A DNA stretch of 64,000 nt from IMG/VR virus record IMGVR_UViG_3300033121_001921, positions 1-64,000 of that record, one strand, 5' to 3'. Origin of the DNA: a virus (Duplodnaviria > Caudoviricetes). Shown here piece after piece: positions 42,170 to 53,105 of the stretch. Every line of letters begins with the position of its first letter. The first letter of the stretch is position 1. Below the pieces are notes generated by a model. The model worked only from the letters and a program-made list of their open reading frames with translations, was not told the DNA's origin and made no database searches. Made by a program: the position numbers and the translations under genes.

Positions 42170-42580
42170 ATGAACAAGAGTAAATATTTTATGTCAATTC
42201 ATGATAAATTTGGCAACTATATGAAGGTTTGTGATAATATGGAGTTAATAACTGGATACACAAAATCAGAAATTATTGGGCGATCAGCCTATGAATTCTT
42301 TAATCCAAAATGTATCCCAGATATCGTGACTTCTCATTTAAGTCCAATACTGACAAGCATAAGCTATCAAATTGTTAAAAAAGATGGGACATTTCTTTAT
42401 GTAAATACCTTATCATTCAAGACAGTTGATGACGGCACTAAAAATGATTATATTTGTTGTGTAACTAAGAAAATGAATTTCTTAGAGAGATTTCTTTATA
42501 GAGTAAGCAGATATAAAAGGAAACTAAACTCAATTATTACTCTAAAAATCAGAAAGGCTCGTGATCAAAAAAACATATAA
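42170..42580 (+). CDS. stand-alone PAS-domain protein
   Basis: ITGYTKSEIIGRSAYEFFNP and YQIVKKDGTFLYV PAS/PAC signature. Confidence 0.75.
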   Translation: MNKSKYFMSIHDKFGNYMKVCDNMELITGYTKSEIIGRSAYEFFNPKCIPDIVTSHLSPILTSISYQIVKKDGTFLYVNTLSFKTVDDGTKNDYICCVTKKMNFLERFLYRVSRYKRKLNSIITLKIRKARDQKNI

Positions 42581-43070
42581 TGATCAAGATATTGGAAATT
42601 TTCTAGATTGTTTTCTAGAGATTGAGGATAGTGGATTTAAAATAGATTTAGAAATTGACATATTGATGGATGCTTATCCTTATGGGTTTCTTTACAATCC
42701 ACATATATGGAATAGTGCAAAGCGACAATGGAATACTCCATGGGAAGGAGATCCATCAAAAATGCCCAGTATGGATGCAACTAGAGGTGGTATAATTACA
42801 AATTATCATTCCGACCTTATAAGAGTAAAAATCACAGGATCAAAGGAATTATTAATGGGAATAGATTTTTATGAAAACGTGATAAATATTCATAGGCCAC
42901 TTAGAAGTGATTCTGTAAATCAAATATCACTTAAAAACCTCGAAAATATAAGATCCAATATACTTATGAGAAAAATTAAGAATATTTCTGGATTCTACTT
43001 ATATAACTCTCAATATTATTCTCTGACGAATGGGAAAGGATCTATAATTTTGGAATTCATACATCAATAA
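42561..43070 (+). CDS. hypothetical protein, paralog of 48579..49088
   Basis: shared DCFLE..D.GFKI, DAYPYGFLYNP.IWN.AKRQWN.PW.GDPSK. Confidence 0.75.
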   Translation: MIKKTYNDQDIGNFLDCFLEIEDSGFKIDLEIDILMDAYPYGFLYNPHIWNSAKRQWNTPWEGDPSKMPSMDATRGGIITNYHSDLIRVKITGSKELLMGIDFYENVINIHRPLRSDSVNQISLKNLENIRSNILMRKIKNISGFYLYNSQYYSLTNGKGSIILEFIHQ

Positions 43071-43649
43071 TCAATCCCACCAATTTATCAATCCTCGCCC
43101 GGTATGAATTTCCTCATATGACTTGTTTTTTAAATTAGGATCTATGATGTAATCGTAGTCAAAATTATCACCTTTTAGTATATCGAAAAGTTCTATCCAC
43201 GTCTCCTTTTCTATTTTTCGAGATTCAGTCATTATAGCATCATCTGTTGATATCTCTTCTTCGGTTCTAAGATCAATCATTTCATAATACTTCTCACCAT
43301 CAATAATTGTTTCCTCAAATTTGAATCCGTTAGATGAGTGATTCAATCCTAAATTCTTTTCAGCCAGGTTAGAAAATGAATCATTGATGATACAATCAAG
43401 TAGATAAATACACCTCCTCATGTAATAGACTTTCTTCGATCTAGATTCATTTTCTTCTTTTCCGTAGTTCTCAATGTAATCGCAGGATCTTGTCAAAGAT
43501 TTTTTCAATAATCTTAAACTATGTTCATAATCACAAGGGTGGTAATTTGTTAATTCCGATCTAAATATCCATATATTCCTAATAAAATTAGGAATATCAT
43601 ATCTGATAAGATCATAAACCCTCATAAGTCTGTATCTTATATTTTTCAT
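43071..43649 (-). CDS. hypothetical protein
   Basis: 192 aa, ends GLINWWD. Confidence 0.7.
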   Translation of the reverse strand: MKNIRYRLMRVYDLIRYDIPNFIRNIWIFRSELTNYHPCDYEHSLRLLKKSLTRSCDYIENYGKEENESRSKKVYYMRRCIYLLDCIINDSFSNLAEKNLGLNHSSNGFKFEETIIDGEKYYEMIDLRTEEEISTDDAIMTESRKIEKETWIELFDILKGDNFDYDYIIDPNLKNKSYEEIHTGRGLINWWD

Positions 43650-43824
43650 AGGCTATATTTCCACAAGATGGACACACTCCTTTTTTAATTCTACGTTCAA
43701 ATTTGTCAGAAAGTTCCCTAGATATACACATTGGGTCACAGTTAAATCTAAGACAATGTGGGCACATGTCTAGAGATCTAGAACCGTCCAATTTTAATCC
43801 CCTCGGTTTCCTCTTTTTGATCAT
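43612..43824 (-). CDS. small Cys-rich protein
   Basis: CPHC..C...C...CPSCG. Confidence 0.55.
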   Translation of the reverse strand: MIKKRKPRGLKLDGSRSLDMCPHCLRFNCDPMCISRELSDKFERRIKKGVCPSCGNIAYEKYKIQTYEGL

Positions 43825-44489
43825 ATTATCTCTATGCTATCCGCCTCAATAGAAACACTGATAGGCTTATTTTTATATCTATAATCCTCGTCGAGATTAG
43901 ATGCGTTTATGTATAAAGTTCCATTATCTGATTTAGATCCATAACCATTGTGAATATGCCCAAACACATGAACTTTTGGATTTATGTATTTTGATACTTC
44001 TTCAAATAGTAGTTCACACCCACAATTAAATCCATCAGGTAGGTGGTCCAATATTCCATGGGGTGGTCCGTGGGTAATAAGAATATCAGTGTTTCCGGGA
44101 ATCATTTTCCACTTTGATAATAATTCTTCCCCTCTTCTTGGCAAATTAAAGGCCCAATTATAAAATACTGGCTGCCATGGAGATCCCCAAATTTTAATTC
44201 CCTCAATTTCAATTCCATTATCTTCTAGATATATAATATTTGGATACCTAGATAGAATTTCTTTAGCTCTCTTTGGATCATCTTGAAAAATAAAATCATG
44301 ATTACCAGCAATGAAAACTTTATATCTATAAGGAAGGCTGGAAAACCATTGTAAAAAATTCTCAATTTCATGTTTATATCCTCTTATTGATAAATCCCCA
44401 GCATGTACCACAACATCACCACCAATAAAGTCGCTATTTGGCATCCAAGCCTGAGAAGAATGAGTGTCTGATAAAAAGGTTATTATCAT
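43821..44489 (-). CDS. calcineurin-like metallophosphoesterase
   Basis: SDTH, HAGD, AGNHD, THGPP and FGHIH motifs. Confidence 0.92.
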   Translation of the reverse strand: MIITFLSDTHSSQAWMPNSDFIGGDVVVHAGDLSIRGYKHEIENFLQWFSSLPYRYKVFIAGNHDFIFQDDPKRAKEILSRYPNIIYLEDNGIEIEGIKIWGSPWQPVFYNWAFNLPRRGEELLSKWKMIPGNTDILITHGPPHGILDHLPDGFNCGCELLFEEVSKYINPKVHVFGHIHNGYGSKSDNGTLYINASNLDEDYRYKNKPISVSIEADSIEII

Positions 44490-44908
44490 AAAAGGTCAAT
44501 CCAATTAAAGTGTATATGGAAATGATTTATTATCAATGCAAATATAATAAGTGATTTTGCTAACTCAAATAAAAATCCTAGAACCTTTCCAATGAAAGTG
44601 AATTTACTATTGACTATAATGTTGAAAAGAAATGATAACAAAATCAGAACTAAGAAAACAATCCAACTTTTGGTTATCAATCCAAAAAAGAACCAGATAA
44701 ATTCAGCCTTCGCGAAAGTATTAAAAGTTGAGAATACATCATAGTCGTGTTTACTCCTAAAGTCTTTTTGAATTGGATCTATGCCAGATATTTTTTTAAA
44801 GGATTTAATCCACATCAACGTATTGTAAAATCCATTGAAGTATATGATGTTCGATATGGCCAAAAAAAGAATAGCAAGGCCAATCAGATAATATGCATGT
44901 CCCATCAT
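44486..44908 (-). CDS. multi-pass membrane hypothetical protein
   Basis: 140 aa with about 4 hydrophobic segments. Confidence 0.7.
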   Translation of the reverse strand: MMGHAYYLIGLAILFLAISNIIYFNGFYNTLMWIKSFKKISGIDPIQKDFRSKHDYDVFSTFNTFAKAEFIWFFFGLITKSWIVFLVLILLSFLFNIIVNSKFTFIGKVLGFLFELAKSLIIFALIINHFHIHFNWIDLL

Positions 44909-44968
44909 TTTTTATTATATCTGGTTGGGGATTTATGTTTAGAACATCTCAATCATAATATATAGATA

Positions 44969-45886
44969 ATGTTAATTAGCGAGTCTGTATTTACTCCAAC
45001 GAACAATAGAAATTATAAAAAATTCAAATCACTAGGATATGAATTTGATATTGGTGATGTGATATTGGTAAGTATCAATCATCTTTCTACAGGATCAAAA
45101 TCTATTGTTGTTGTACAGTGTGATGTTTGTGGGTCTAAAATGGATTTAAAATATTCCATGTATGTAAAGAATACTAAAAAGTATGGCATTTATACATGTA
45201 ATGGTCGATGCTCCAAAATAAAATTTAAAAAAACTTAGAATTTCGGTTCAGAGACTCCGATGCAAAATCCCGATATAAGAAATAAAGTTGGTGAGTATTT
45301 CCTATCTAAATATGGAGTTAGACACCCATCAATGCTTTTAGAATTTGAAAAGAAAAAACAAGACACAAATATAGAAAGATACGGAGTTCCTCACCAAATG
45401 CATATATCAGATAATATCCTAAAAATAAAAAGCTCCAAGTTAGAAAAATACGGGAATGAAAATTATAATAATATCAAAAAGAATAAAGAGACTTGCTTGG
45501 AACGATATGGTGTTAATAATGTAATGAAAGTTGAAGAGATATTTAACAGGCAAAAATCATCTAGCTTTAGTAAAAACGAAATAAATAATTTAATATATCA
45601 AAGTACTTATGAGCTAGACTTCATAAAAAAATGTCTGAGTATGAACATTAGAATAGAAAACGGGCCATCTATTGATTACGCATTTGATGGCAAAGATCAT
45701 AAATATTATTCAGATTTCTACTTGCCAGAATATAATTTAGTGTGTGAGATCAAGTCTAATTATATATACAACATGGAAGTTGATATAAATGAACGTAAAA
45801 AAGCATCTTCGATAAAAAATGGATATAATTTCTTATTTATAATTGATAAGAACTATACTGAATTTGAAAAAATATTGATTAGATAA
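44969..45886 (+). pseudogene. KYG-repeat PD-(D/E)XK (TnsA-like) endonuclease split by an in-frame TAG
   Basis: ORFs 44969..45238 and 45260..45886 are in one frame (KFKKT*NFGSETPMQNP); C-terminal YQSTYELDFI..YYSDFY..EIKS. Confidence 0.7.
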
Positions 45887-48582
45887 TGGTTTGCCCGTTG
45901 TACAAAAGATTAAAGGAAAATGGAACAAGTTTTTATGTATTTCCGGGTAGTGCTGAAGATATTTCAGCCAGTCACCAGAATCAGAATTATAAAATGTACT
46001 TTTCTAAGTACACTTTAGTCAACTTTCCAAAAGTAAACTCTGTTGATCCTGGTGGTACACAATCAGAATATATTACATTTAATTTTGGTACTTTCAGCAC
46101 CATATCTCCCGGTGCCCCTGATAATTTCAGTGATCAAATAGTTGAATCTCTTAGAAATTATGTCGCTAATCATGAGACATCAATAAGAGGATCTAGATTA
46201 AACAATACAGATTTTTACTATGACCCAACTGCATTAGAAACAACTTCAGAAAAGATATTTTTTAAATGGTGTAAGAAAATAGGAATAATAGGATTTGAAC
46301 CAGCTATTCCCCAAGATGAATATTTTGACAATTTGGATGAATTTGCTAGAAAAAATTCTAATGATGATTCTTATTTTAAAGAATATCTCTGGAAAGAAAG
46401 AGAGATATCCGAATATGCAATTATTGATATAGATGCAACATCGAATTTGACTCTAACGGTTAATGGGGTGTCAAATATCAGAGAAGGTGATATTATAGAA
46501 ATCTATGGCGATTCTGATTTAACGACAACTATAGGAGAATACGTCAGAGTAAGAGTATTGGGAGTGACATTCGATGTTGATGACAATCATGTTATTGAAC
46601 TATCATTGACGCCGGGTGGATCCTATGTCGCCACAGGAACAAAAATAAGATTATACTATCATAGACTAATCCAATATATTGGGGAAGTCAATGGTGTTTC
46701 AAACGTTCAACAATCTAACAAATCATATACCGAAGTTTATGCGCATGTTCCAGATCACACTGGACAAACACCTGATATTCTTTTCAGAACAATCGCAGAT
46801 TCAAATTATAAACCAGGATTAATATTTCCGATAAGACCAAATCAATATCAACCAGAAATTGTTGGAGCTGAGTTATTTTCATCACCAATTGTAAATGATC
46901 CACTATCCTATCCTGGGTCCTATTATGGTCAATTTGATACTCCAGATTTCACATACGAAGTTGCAAATGGAGATTCGTTCAGAAGATCTGGAAGCTACTT
47001 TGGTGTATCAGGTGATATTAACGAACCTATAGTTGATGGATCTTTGATAGACGGAATAACAATAGATTTTGATACATCACACTATGTTAAGATGAATATC
47101 GAAGATAGAGTTATTTCAACATTTGATCAATTCAGCGCATTGGAAGTTAATAACGATCCTCCACAAGATTTTGATTTTAATGCAATTCTGTGGTACTATA
47201 TGGTTGAGGACTCTAATGGAAATAAGAGAACAAACTTGTATGGAATCTCCTTTTTGGATAATCCAGAAAACAATCCCGTTGTGGACGATATTGGACTAAG
47301 ATTTCCTCTATATAAAAAATTAGTCACAAATGGCCAACAAGATGGAACATCTTATGCCTTTGCTATTAATTTGAATTTCAATATTGTAAGTGATAACATT
47401 ATCGAGGCCTATAATCCTGACGCCGTTAATTCACTATTCAGTATGAACTTATTCAACAGCGCTATGAGCAAATTGGCGTCAGCGAATGACAGCTTTCTGA
47501 ACGTTATAAGTGAGCATGTTACTCTAAAAACCGAAATAAATGGATTAAAACAGCTTCTATATTCTCAAACTGACTTTGCTGCAATAAATTCGAGACTCTC
47601 AACTCTGGATAGCTTGCTAAGATTATATAGCACAAGTCAAATGGTTTCATCAGATACAATTGAAGTTGAATTGGATGATAGTGTTTCTCCACCTGTAATA
47701 AAGCATAACTCTATTGATAGGTCATATATTTCAACCGAAATATATAAGACAAGTCAGATGTTTTCATCTGCTGGAGTAGTTCCTGTTCAAATAAATCCAC
47801 CTCAATATAAAGATTTCCTAATTCAGATCGAGAACAATGATGAGGTAGAATTTGAACTTGATGGCAATCTAAAGATAGTCTTGAACTCAGATCTTGAAAT
47901 AAGACAAAGTATAGATATTTTGATATCTGGATCTGATCTATCTTCGCAAAATAAAAAACTTGATATTTACATAACTACCGTCAATCCAAATACAAACATT
48001 GTAGAGGAAGATGACGATGAGGTAACTACAACAAGTTCTGACGGATCAACAGAATTCTCTGATGTTCAACCTGTCGAAACACTTTTAATTGGGGATGTTG
48101 ATCTGCCTGTGTTCTATAATTTGAATACATCTCAACCCAACTCTGCCAAGTCATGGAAGAGTTTTAATTTTGATATAGACTTCGATGAAGATATAATAAT
48201 GCTCCCCAATAACACTTTACAAATATCCCTAGTAGGGAATCAATTTATAATTGCAAACTCAATCAAAGAGGGGGATGCTTTAGTACTAAATAATTTATTT
48301 ATTGGCACTTCATCAGTTTTTGATTTCTCTGGCCAATATTTTGTGACTTCTGTGTCTGTCAATCAAATAACACTTGATATATCTATCAATGAGGAATTTG
48401 TCTCTTATGGAACGGGACTTCTCCCTCTAACACTCCATAGTGCATCTTCGACTGTACTGAGCAATAGTCCATTCATATCTCTAAACAAAGGAATTTGGGT
48501 AAGAGTTACAAGAATTAGCTCTTCTGAACAAGTCTCCATAGATCAAAAATATTTAATTGATGTTAGAGATCTGCAATACTAA
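45886..48582 (+). CDS. large acidic protein, probably virion structural
   Basis: 898 aa, beta-rich composition; the structural role is inferred from size, composition and context only. Confidence 0.5.
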   Translation: MVCPLYKRLKENGTSFYVFPGSAEDISASHQNQNYKMYFSKYTLVNFPKVNSVDPGGTQSEYITFNFGTFSTISPGAPDNFSDQIVESLRNYVANHETSIRGSRLNNTDFYYDPTALETTSEKIFFKWCKKIGIIGFEPAIPQDEYFDNLDEFARKNSNDDSYFKEYLWKEREISEYAIIDIDATSNLTLTVNGVSNIREGDIIEIYGDSDLTTTIGEYVRVRVLGVTFDVDDNHVIELSLTPGGSYVATGTKIRLYYHRLIQYIGEVNGVSNVQQSNKSYTEVYAHVPDHTGQTPDILFRTIADSNYKPGLIFPIRPNQYQPEIVGAELFSSPIVNDPLSYPGSYYGQFDTPDFTYEVANGDSFRRSGSYFGVSGDINEPIVDGSLIDGITIDFDTSHYVKMNIEDRVISTFDQFSALEVNNDPPQDFDFNAILWYYMVEDSNGNKRTNLYGISFLDNPENNPVVDDIGLRFPLYKKLVTNGQQDGTSYAFAINLNFNIVSDNIIEAYNPDAVNSLFSMNLFNSAMSKLASANDSFLNVISEHVTLKTEINGLKQLLYSQTDFAAINSRLSTLDSLLRLYSTSQMVSSDTIEVELDDSVSPPVIKHNSIDRSYISTEIYKTSQMFSSAGVVPVQINPPQYKDFLIQIENNDEVEFELDGNLKIVLNSDLEIRQSIDILISGSDLSSQNKKLDIYITTVNPNTNIVEEDDDEVTTTSSDGSTEFSDVQPVETLLIGDVDLPVFYNLNTSQPNSAKSWKSFNFDIDFDEDIIMLPNNTLQISLVGNQFIIANSIKEGDALVLNNLFIGTSSVFDFSGQYFVTSVSVNQITLDISINEEFVSYGTGLLPLTLHSASSTVLSNSPFISLNKGIWVRVTRISSSEQVSIDQKYLIDVRDLQY

Positions 48583-49088
48583 CTGTAGATAAATTCTAAA
48601 CTAATACATCCGATATTGTCCACTAAGTCATTATAATAGCAATGGTGAAGGTAAAATCCAGTTAAATTATAGATCTTTTTCAATAGTGGATTTTTTCTAA
48701 TAATTTCTAAATGTTGATATGACTCAGTGTCAACGAATGAGTTGCCAGTTACTGATTTGCACAAATGCAATAAATATTTATAGAAATTTATTCCCTTTAT
48801 AAGGGATTCTGATCCAGATATATCAATTCTGATTAAATCAGGATTTGAATGTGTAATTACACCACCTCTTATGGTTGGGATCTTTGATGGATCACCTAGC
48901 CAAGGATTGTTCCATTGCCTTTTTGCCTCATTCCATATCTCTGGATTATATAAGAATCCATAAGGATATGCATCGATTGTTAAATTTGTTTTTAACCCTA
49001 TTTTGAATCCGATATCTTCAAATTCAAGAAAGCAGTCTAAAACAGTTCCAATATCTTGATTCGTATATGATCCAAATTTTCTTATCAC
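48579..49088 (-). CDS. hypothetical protein, paralog of 42561..43070
   Basis: MIRKFGSY start; same conserved block as its paralog. Confidence 0.75.
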   Translation of the reverse strand: MIRKFGSYTNQDIGTVLDCFLEFEDIGFKIGLKTNLTIDAYPYGFLYNPEIWNEAKRQWNNPWLGDPSKIPTIRGGVITHSNPDLIRIDISGSESLIKGINFYKYLLHLCKSVTGNSFVDTESYQHLEIIRKNPLLKKIYNLTGFYLHHCYYNDLVDNIGCISLEFIYS

Positions 49089-49097
49089 AAATTAATA

Positions 49098-50066
49098 TCA
49101 AAAATCCAAATTCACAACTATTTCATCATCCAATGCATCATATCCTTCTTCTCTTGGGGGTTCATTATAAAGAGCTCCATTGCTCTGAATCAGAACATAA
49201 TTTTTGAATGATGAATTCCAATTAGAAAATACTCCAGAATCTGGATTATAGAACTTGAATGTATCGATATACGGATAATATCTCAATTGGTGATTGTCTA
49301 ATTTTACCTTCAAGAACAATTCTACATTTGAACTTCCAACTTGGAAGTATATTTCGCTTTTTGAGGTTTGTTCTGTTTTATAGATATATCCATTTTCTTT
49401 TGCCCAAGTCTTAAAAGAAGTCACGTCATGATCATAGATCGAATAGATTCGATCCATTACTTTATATATCTTTCCATCTTCCGCGACACATTCCTCCCAA
49501 AGAAGAGCTCTAGTGCGTAATTTACCATCTTCTTCAAGATTGATAAGCATTTTAATCTTATTTGGATTCTTGGCATAAAGCTCCATAAATCTGTTTCTAT
49601 CATTATATCTCATACATGAATTCCAAAGAGTACCGCATGATCTTTCGTTTGGCATATGATAATTTTGATCTAGGTACCATTTTAATATTTCTTCTCCTTC
49701 AATAACCTTGAACTTAGAACTATCATTTGAGAAATAGCTTTTATAGATATTGACAAATTTTTCGATATCGTGACTAGATATTTGAAATTGATTGATCCAT
49801 TCTTTCTTTATCAACTTTGTAATAAACCTACCAATTTTCATTTTAACACGATGCTTAGCATCATCTGCAAATCCAGAAGAAAGATGGAGCTTATCCTTTG
49901 GTATATAAGAAATATGACCAGACTCTGAATCAGCTTTGATCCAATCACCTATTGGATCCAAATATTCATCACGGCAAATAACATCGGATATTCTTGAGAT
50001 ATGATAATTATGGCAAAATATCAAAAATTTCCGAAACTCGTTTTCAATATTAAATGAATAGAACAT
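49098..50066 (-). CDS. conserved phage protein with an SCM motif
   Basis: GTLWNSCMRY, RALLW, MDRIY and YPYIDTF motifs. Confidence 0.65.
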   Translation of the reverse strand: MFYSFNIENEFRKFLIFCHNYHISRISDVICRDEYLDPIGDWIKADSESGHISYIPKDKLHLSSGFADDAKHRVKMKIGRFITKLIKKEWINQFQISSHDIEKFVNIYKSYFSNDSSKFKVIEGEEILKWYLDQNYHMPNERSCGTLWNSCMRYNDRNRFMELYAKNPNKIKMLINLEEDGKLRTRALLWEECVAEDGKIYKVMDRIYSIYDHDVTSFKTWAKENGYIYKTEQTSKSEIYFQVGSSNVELFLKVKLDNHQLRYYPYIDTFKFYNPDSGVFSNWNSSFKNYVLIQSNGALYNEPPREEGYDALDDEIVVNLDF

Positions 50067-50078
50067 AATATATAGACT

Positions 50079-50291
50079 ATGGAGTTTTTATTAGAGTATT
50101 CGTCTTATTATAAAGTTGGGGACAAGGTTCTAATAGAGTATTGGTACAATGATGACATAACAGTTGTTAAAATAGATGAGATCATTGGTAGGAAATACAA
50201 AGTTACGCACAATATTCCAGAATCTAAAATTTTTAATGCTCCAGATGAATTACTTAAATCTTCAGACATAATTGATTATTTTAAGCCCTAG
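50079..50291 (+). CDS. small SH3/KOW-like protein
   Basis: MEFLLEYSSY...YKVGDKVLIEYW; ATATATA 4 nt upstream. Confidence 0.65.
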   Translation: MEFLLEYSSYYKVGDKVLIEYWYNDDITVVKIDEIIGRKYKVTHNIPESKIFNAPDELLKSSDIIDYFKP

Positions 50292-50311
50292 TGTTATTTA
50301 ACACTACATTT

Positions 50312-51514
50312 TCAATGTACAGGTTGTTTATTATCCATCCCACAATATGTGGAAATCAAGTATCCGTAATAGCCAACGTCCTGAGGATCATTCATATCGA
50401 GATATTGTGTGGCTAGAATAGATAGTTCGTCACGGGTTAGGTTGTGATCTAAAAACTTAACTTTCAACATATCATATTGTCCTGATTCTTGTTGATCCAT
50501 AAAATCATCAGATTCTCTCCAATTCTTAACCTCTGTCAAATTAGCACCTGATTCTATATAGACTTTGGAGTCACGGTTCTTTCTTTTCCATCGATTCTTA
50601 CGGCGACGGCGACTCTTTTTACTAGAATGTGTATATTCAACGATGCCATTGGTACTCATGTGATCCATGTCATATGCATCATTATCCACATAAGTTCTCT
50701 TTTGTGTATATGTAGGATAATTCGAATATGAATATGATTTGTATTCAGTTTTGGTCTTATCTCTTTCAGTTGGAAGACTTTCCCAATCAATCAATATTAC
50801 AGCATCTGCAAGATTCGCAAGGTGGGTAAGATCCTGCCTTTCATTGGTTGTATGTTCATTATAATATCCAACAGATATATTAGTGCATTCGGATATCACT
50901 CTTACAAATTCAGCTGAATCTGTATAGATCCCTGTGTCATCCTTTCGATAAGAGAGATTCAATTTATTGAATTCGGAGGCAAGTGATTCTGCAAATTTAT
51001 CGGAGCAGGTTCTGGTAGAGGATTGGTGAGTAATTACAGAGTTTGTGCCTCGTCTATCAAAAGACACCATTCTATGATATGGCGAAAATTCATCTATAAG
51101 ATTAGATGCAGCCGTTGATCCCAAACAACCAACCTCTTCACCATAGAAAAAGTAATAAGTCCCTGGAATATTATGCTTCATCATCCACAAAAGGATTGTG
51201 ACTCCAGCTTTATCATCTGCTCCCAAAATCGATGTCCCATCAGTCTTAACTATTTCATTACCACAATCATCATCGAAGACGTGGCTTACATCAACTTGAG
51301 CTTGACAAGCAGTGTCCAAATGAGATGTAAAAATGGTTTTAGAATTGCCAACTTGATAATAAAAGTTTCCAAACTGATCTTCTTTCAAATCTTTTGGAAA
51401 AAGTCCACACTGAATCATATCGTCTACTAGACCATCCTCAAATCCAAATGGATAGGTCTTGGTAGTCAATTTCAAAAAAGTTGATTTAATCCACTCAAAC
51501 GTATCTATCTTCAC
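50312..51514 (-). CDS. M28-family zinc peptidase-like protein
   Basis: SHLDT, GADDKAG, GEEVG, DRRG and GYYNEHT metal-binding motifs. Confidence 0.85.
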   Translation of the reverse strand: MKIDTFEWIKSTFLKLTTKTYPFGFEDGLVDDMIQCGLFPKDLKEDQFGNFYYQVGNSKTIFTSHLDTACQAQVDVSHVFDDDCGNEIVKTDGTSILGADDKAGVTILLWMMKHNIPGTYYFFYGEEVGCLGSTAASNLIDEFSPYHRMVSFDRRGTNSVITHQSSTRTCSDKFAESLASEFNKLNLSYRKDDTGIYTDSAEFVRVISECTNISVGYYNEHTTNERQDLTHLANLADAVILIDWESLPTERDKTKTEYKSYSYSNYPTYTQKRTYVDNDAYDMDHMSTNGIVEYTHSSKKSRRRRKNRWKRKNRDSKVYIESGANLTEVKNWRESDDFMDQQESGQYDMLKVKFLDHNLTRDELSILATQYLDMNDPQDVGYYGYLISTYCGMDNKQPVH

Positions 51515-51583
51515 GTATACAAAATTTTTACAAATATACGAAATTTTTCCAAATTTGGTGTATTAATATATAATATATACCCA

Positions 51584-52852
51584 ATGATCAAAAGATATCA
51601 TCAATTTCTTTTAGAATCCATAGAAATCAATGAAATAAGGGATTATTTTTCAGATCTAATAGATAGTGGATTTGGAATAGATATCATCGATAATATTTAC
51701 TATGATACAACTTATCAACATCTATCTAAGGAATATGGTATAACCATGGTAGATTTTGATAGACATGAATCATATCAATTAATGTTTTCTGGGTCTAAAT
51801 ATAGAGAGGGTATTATTATAAAGCTGTTGGTAAGTGGTGGCGCCACATTTGAGGACGTAACAATTGATTTTCAAAATTCAATTTCACAACTGGATTCAAT
51901 TGGATTTAATCTCTTAAAAATAAGAGCTATTTCTGACAATGGCAATGGATGGGATGATTTGAATGTAAATCATATTAGTATGAAAGATAGCTCAATTGTA
52001 TTAGAAGGAATGAATTTTGAATATAATCAGTGTGTTCTGGAGTTGCAATTCTATATTGACGATGAAAAGAAATTTAATGATATCGATGTGGCTAGATACT
52101 ATGGGTGGACAGGTTATGAAAAAGATGAGTCTGGAAATATATCCATAAAATTGGAAACTTCGGATGTTATTTCTACTTTTGGATATAAAAGCGAATACTA
52201 CCAAATATTACTCGAATATGAGGATATATTTGATAGATATAGGAATCATGGGAATTACGTACCGCAAGTTAAAGAGTTTGGTCAAAGATATTTTGGCATT
52301 GATAAAGAAAATATGATAAAACTCCTCACCTATATTATTGATTCATCAAATTGGAATGTATTTTTGGATAAATATGTGGAAAACGAAGAATTAAAAACTC
52401 TATCCAAGGATAATTTCCTAATCGAGATAACAAGCTATAAGCAAGAGCGCAATCTGTGCTCAGTATTAGAAAATTGCAATGCAGATTATAGCGATATAAT
52501 ATCTGATATAAGATGGATAATTGGGGATTTTGCATCAGATGCTCATGCTGGAAAAAATCTGAAAGAAATCCAAAATTCATTTGATGATATGTTAAGTAAG
52601 CATTGCTCTTACACAGTAGATGGTGAAGATATGAAAATTCGATTCAGTAATGATTGGATTAGGGATGTACAAATGTATATTCTAAATGAATCTTTAGAAT
52701 CAATTTTCTCAAACTGGGTCACAGAAGAAATACCCAGATCGGAGAAAGATCTTAAGCCTAGACTATCTGATTGGGGTGATATTGATAAGAAAGAACTCAA
52801 TATCGAAATATCAGGTATTGTTGATAACTATAAGAGAAAAATCACATCATAG
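51584..52852 (+). CDS. N-terminal motif family protein (MIKRYHQFLLES)
   Basis: 422 aa; EIRDYFSDLIDSG segment; ATATATA upstream. Confidence 0.75.
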   Translation: MIKRYHQFLLESIEINEIRDYFSDLIDSGFGIDIIDNIYYDTTYQHLSKEYGITMVDFDRHESYQLMFSGSKYREGIIIKLLVSGGATFEDVTIDFQNSISQLDSIGFNLLKIRAISDNGNGWDDLNVNHISMKDSSIVLEGMNFEYNQCVLELQFYIDDEKKFNDIDVARYYGWTGYEKDESGNISIKLETSDVISTFGYKSEYYQILLEYEDIFDRYRNHGNYVPQVKEFGQRYFGIDKENMIKLLTYIIDSSNWNVFLDKYVENEELKTLSKDNFLIEITSYKQERNLCSVLENCNADYSDIISDIRWIIGDFASDAHAGKNLKEIQNSFDDMLSKHCSYTVDGEDMKIRFSNDWIRDVQMYILNESLESIFSNWVTEEIPRSEKDLKPRLSDWGDIDKKELNIEISGIVDNYKRKITS

Positions 52853-53069
52853 CTCCCGGCGGAACATTGGGTGGAGAACTAGCTCTCCATAGAACACAAT
52901 CATTCGGATTTGTGTAATATCCATAATCCTTAAATATATCTGATTCTTCTAGAATTTTATTTACTATGGCATACTTATTAGATGTTATTATCAAATAATT
53001 CCTATTTGAATCATATTCATATTCAATTGCATTTTCCCTCAATCCATTTATTAATTGATCCATAGACAT
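52842..53069 (-). CDS. hypothetical protein
   Basis: 75 aa. Confidence 0.45.
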   Translation of the reverse strand: MSMDQLINGLRENAIEYEYDSNRNYLIITSNKYAIVNKILEESDIFKDYGYYTNPNDCVLWRASSPPNVPPGAMM

Positions 53070-53105
53070 GGATTTACGCTTTCCTTTATGAATTCATTGA
53101 ATTTT

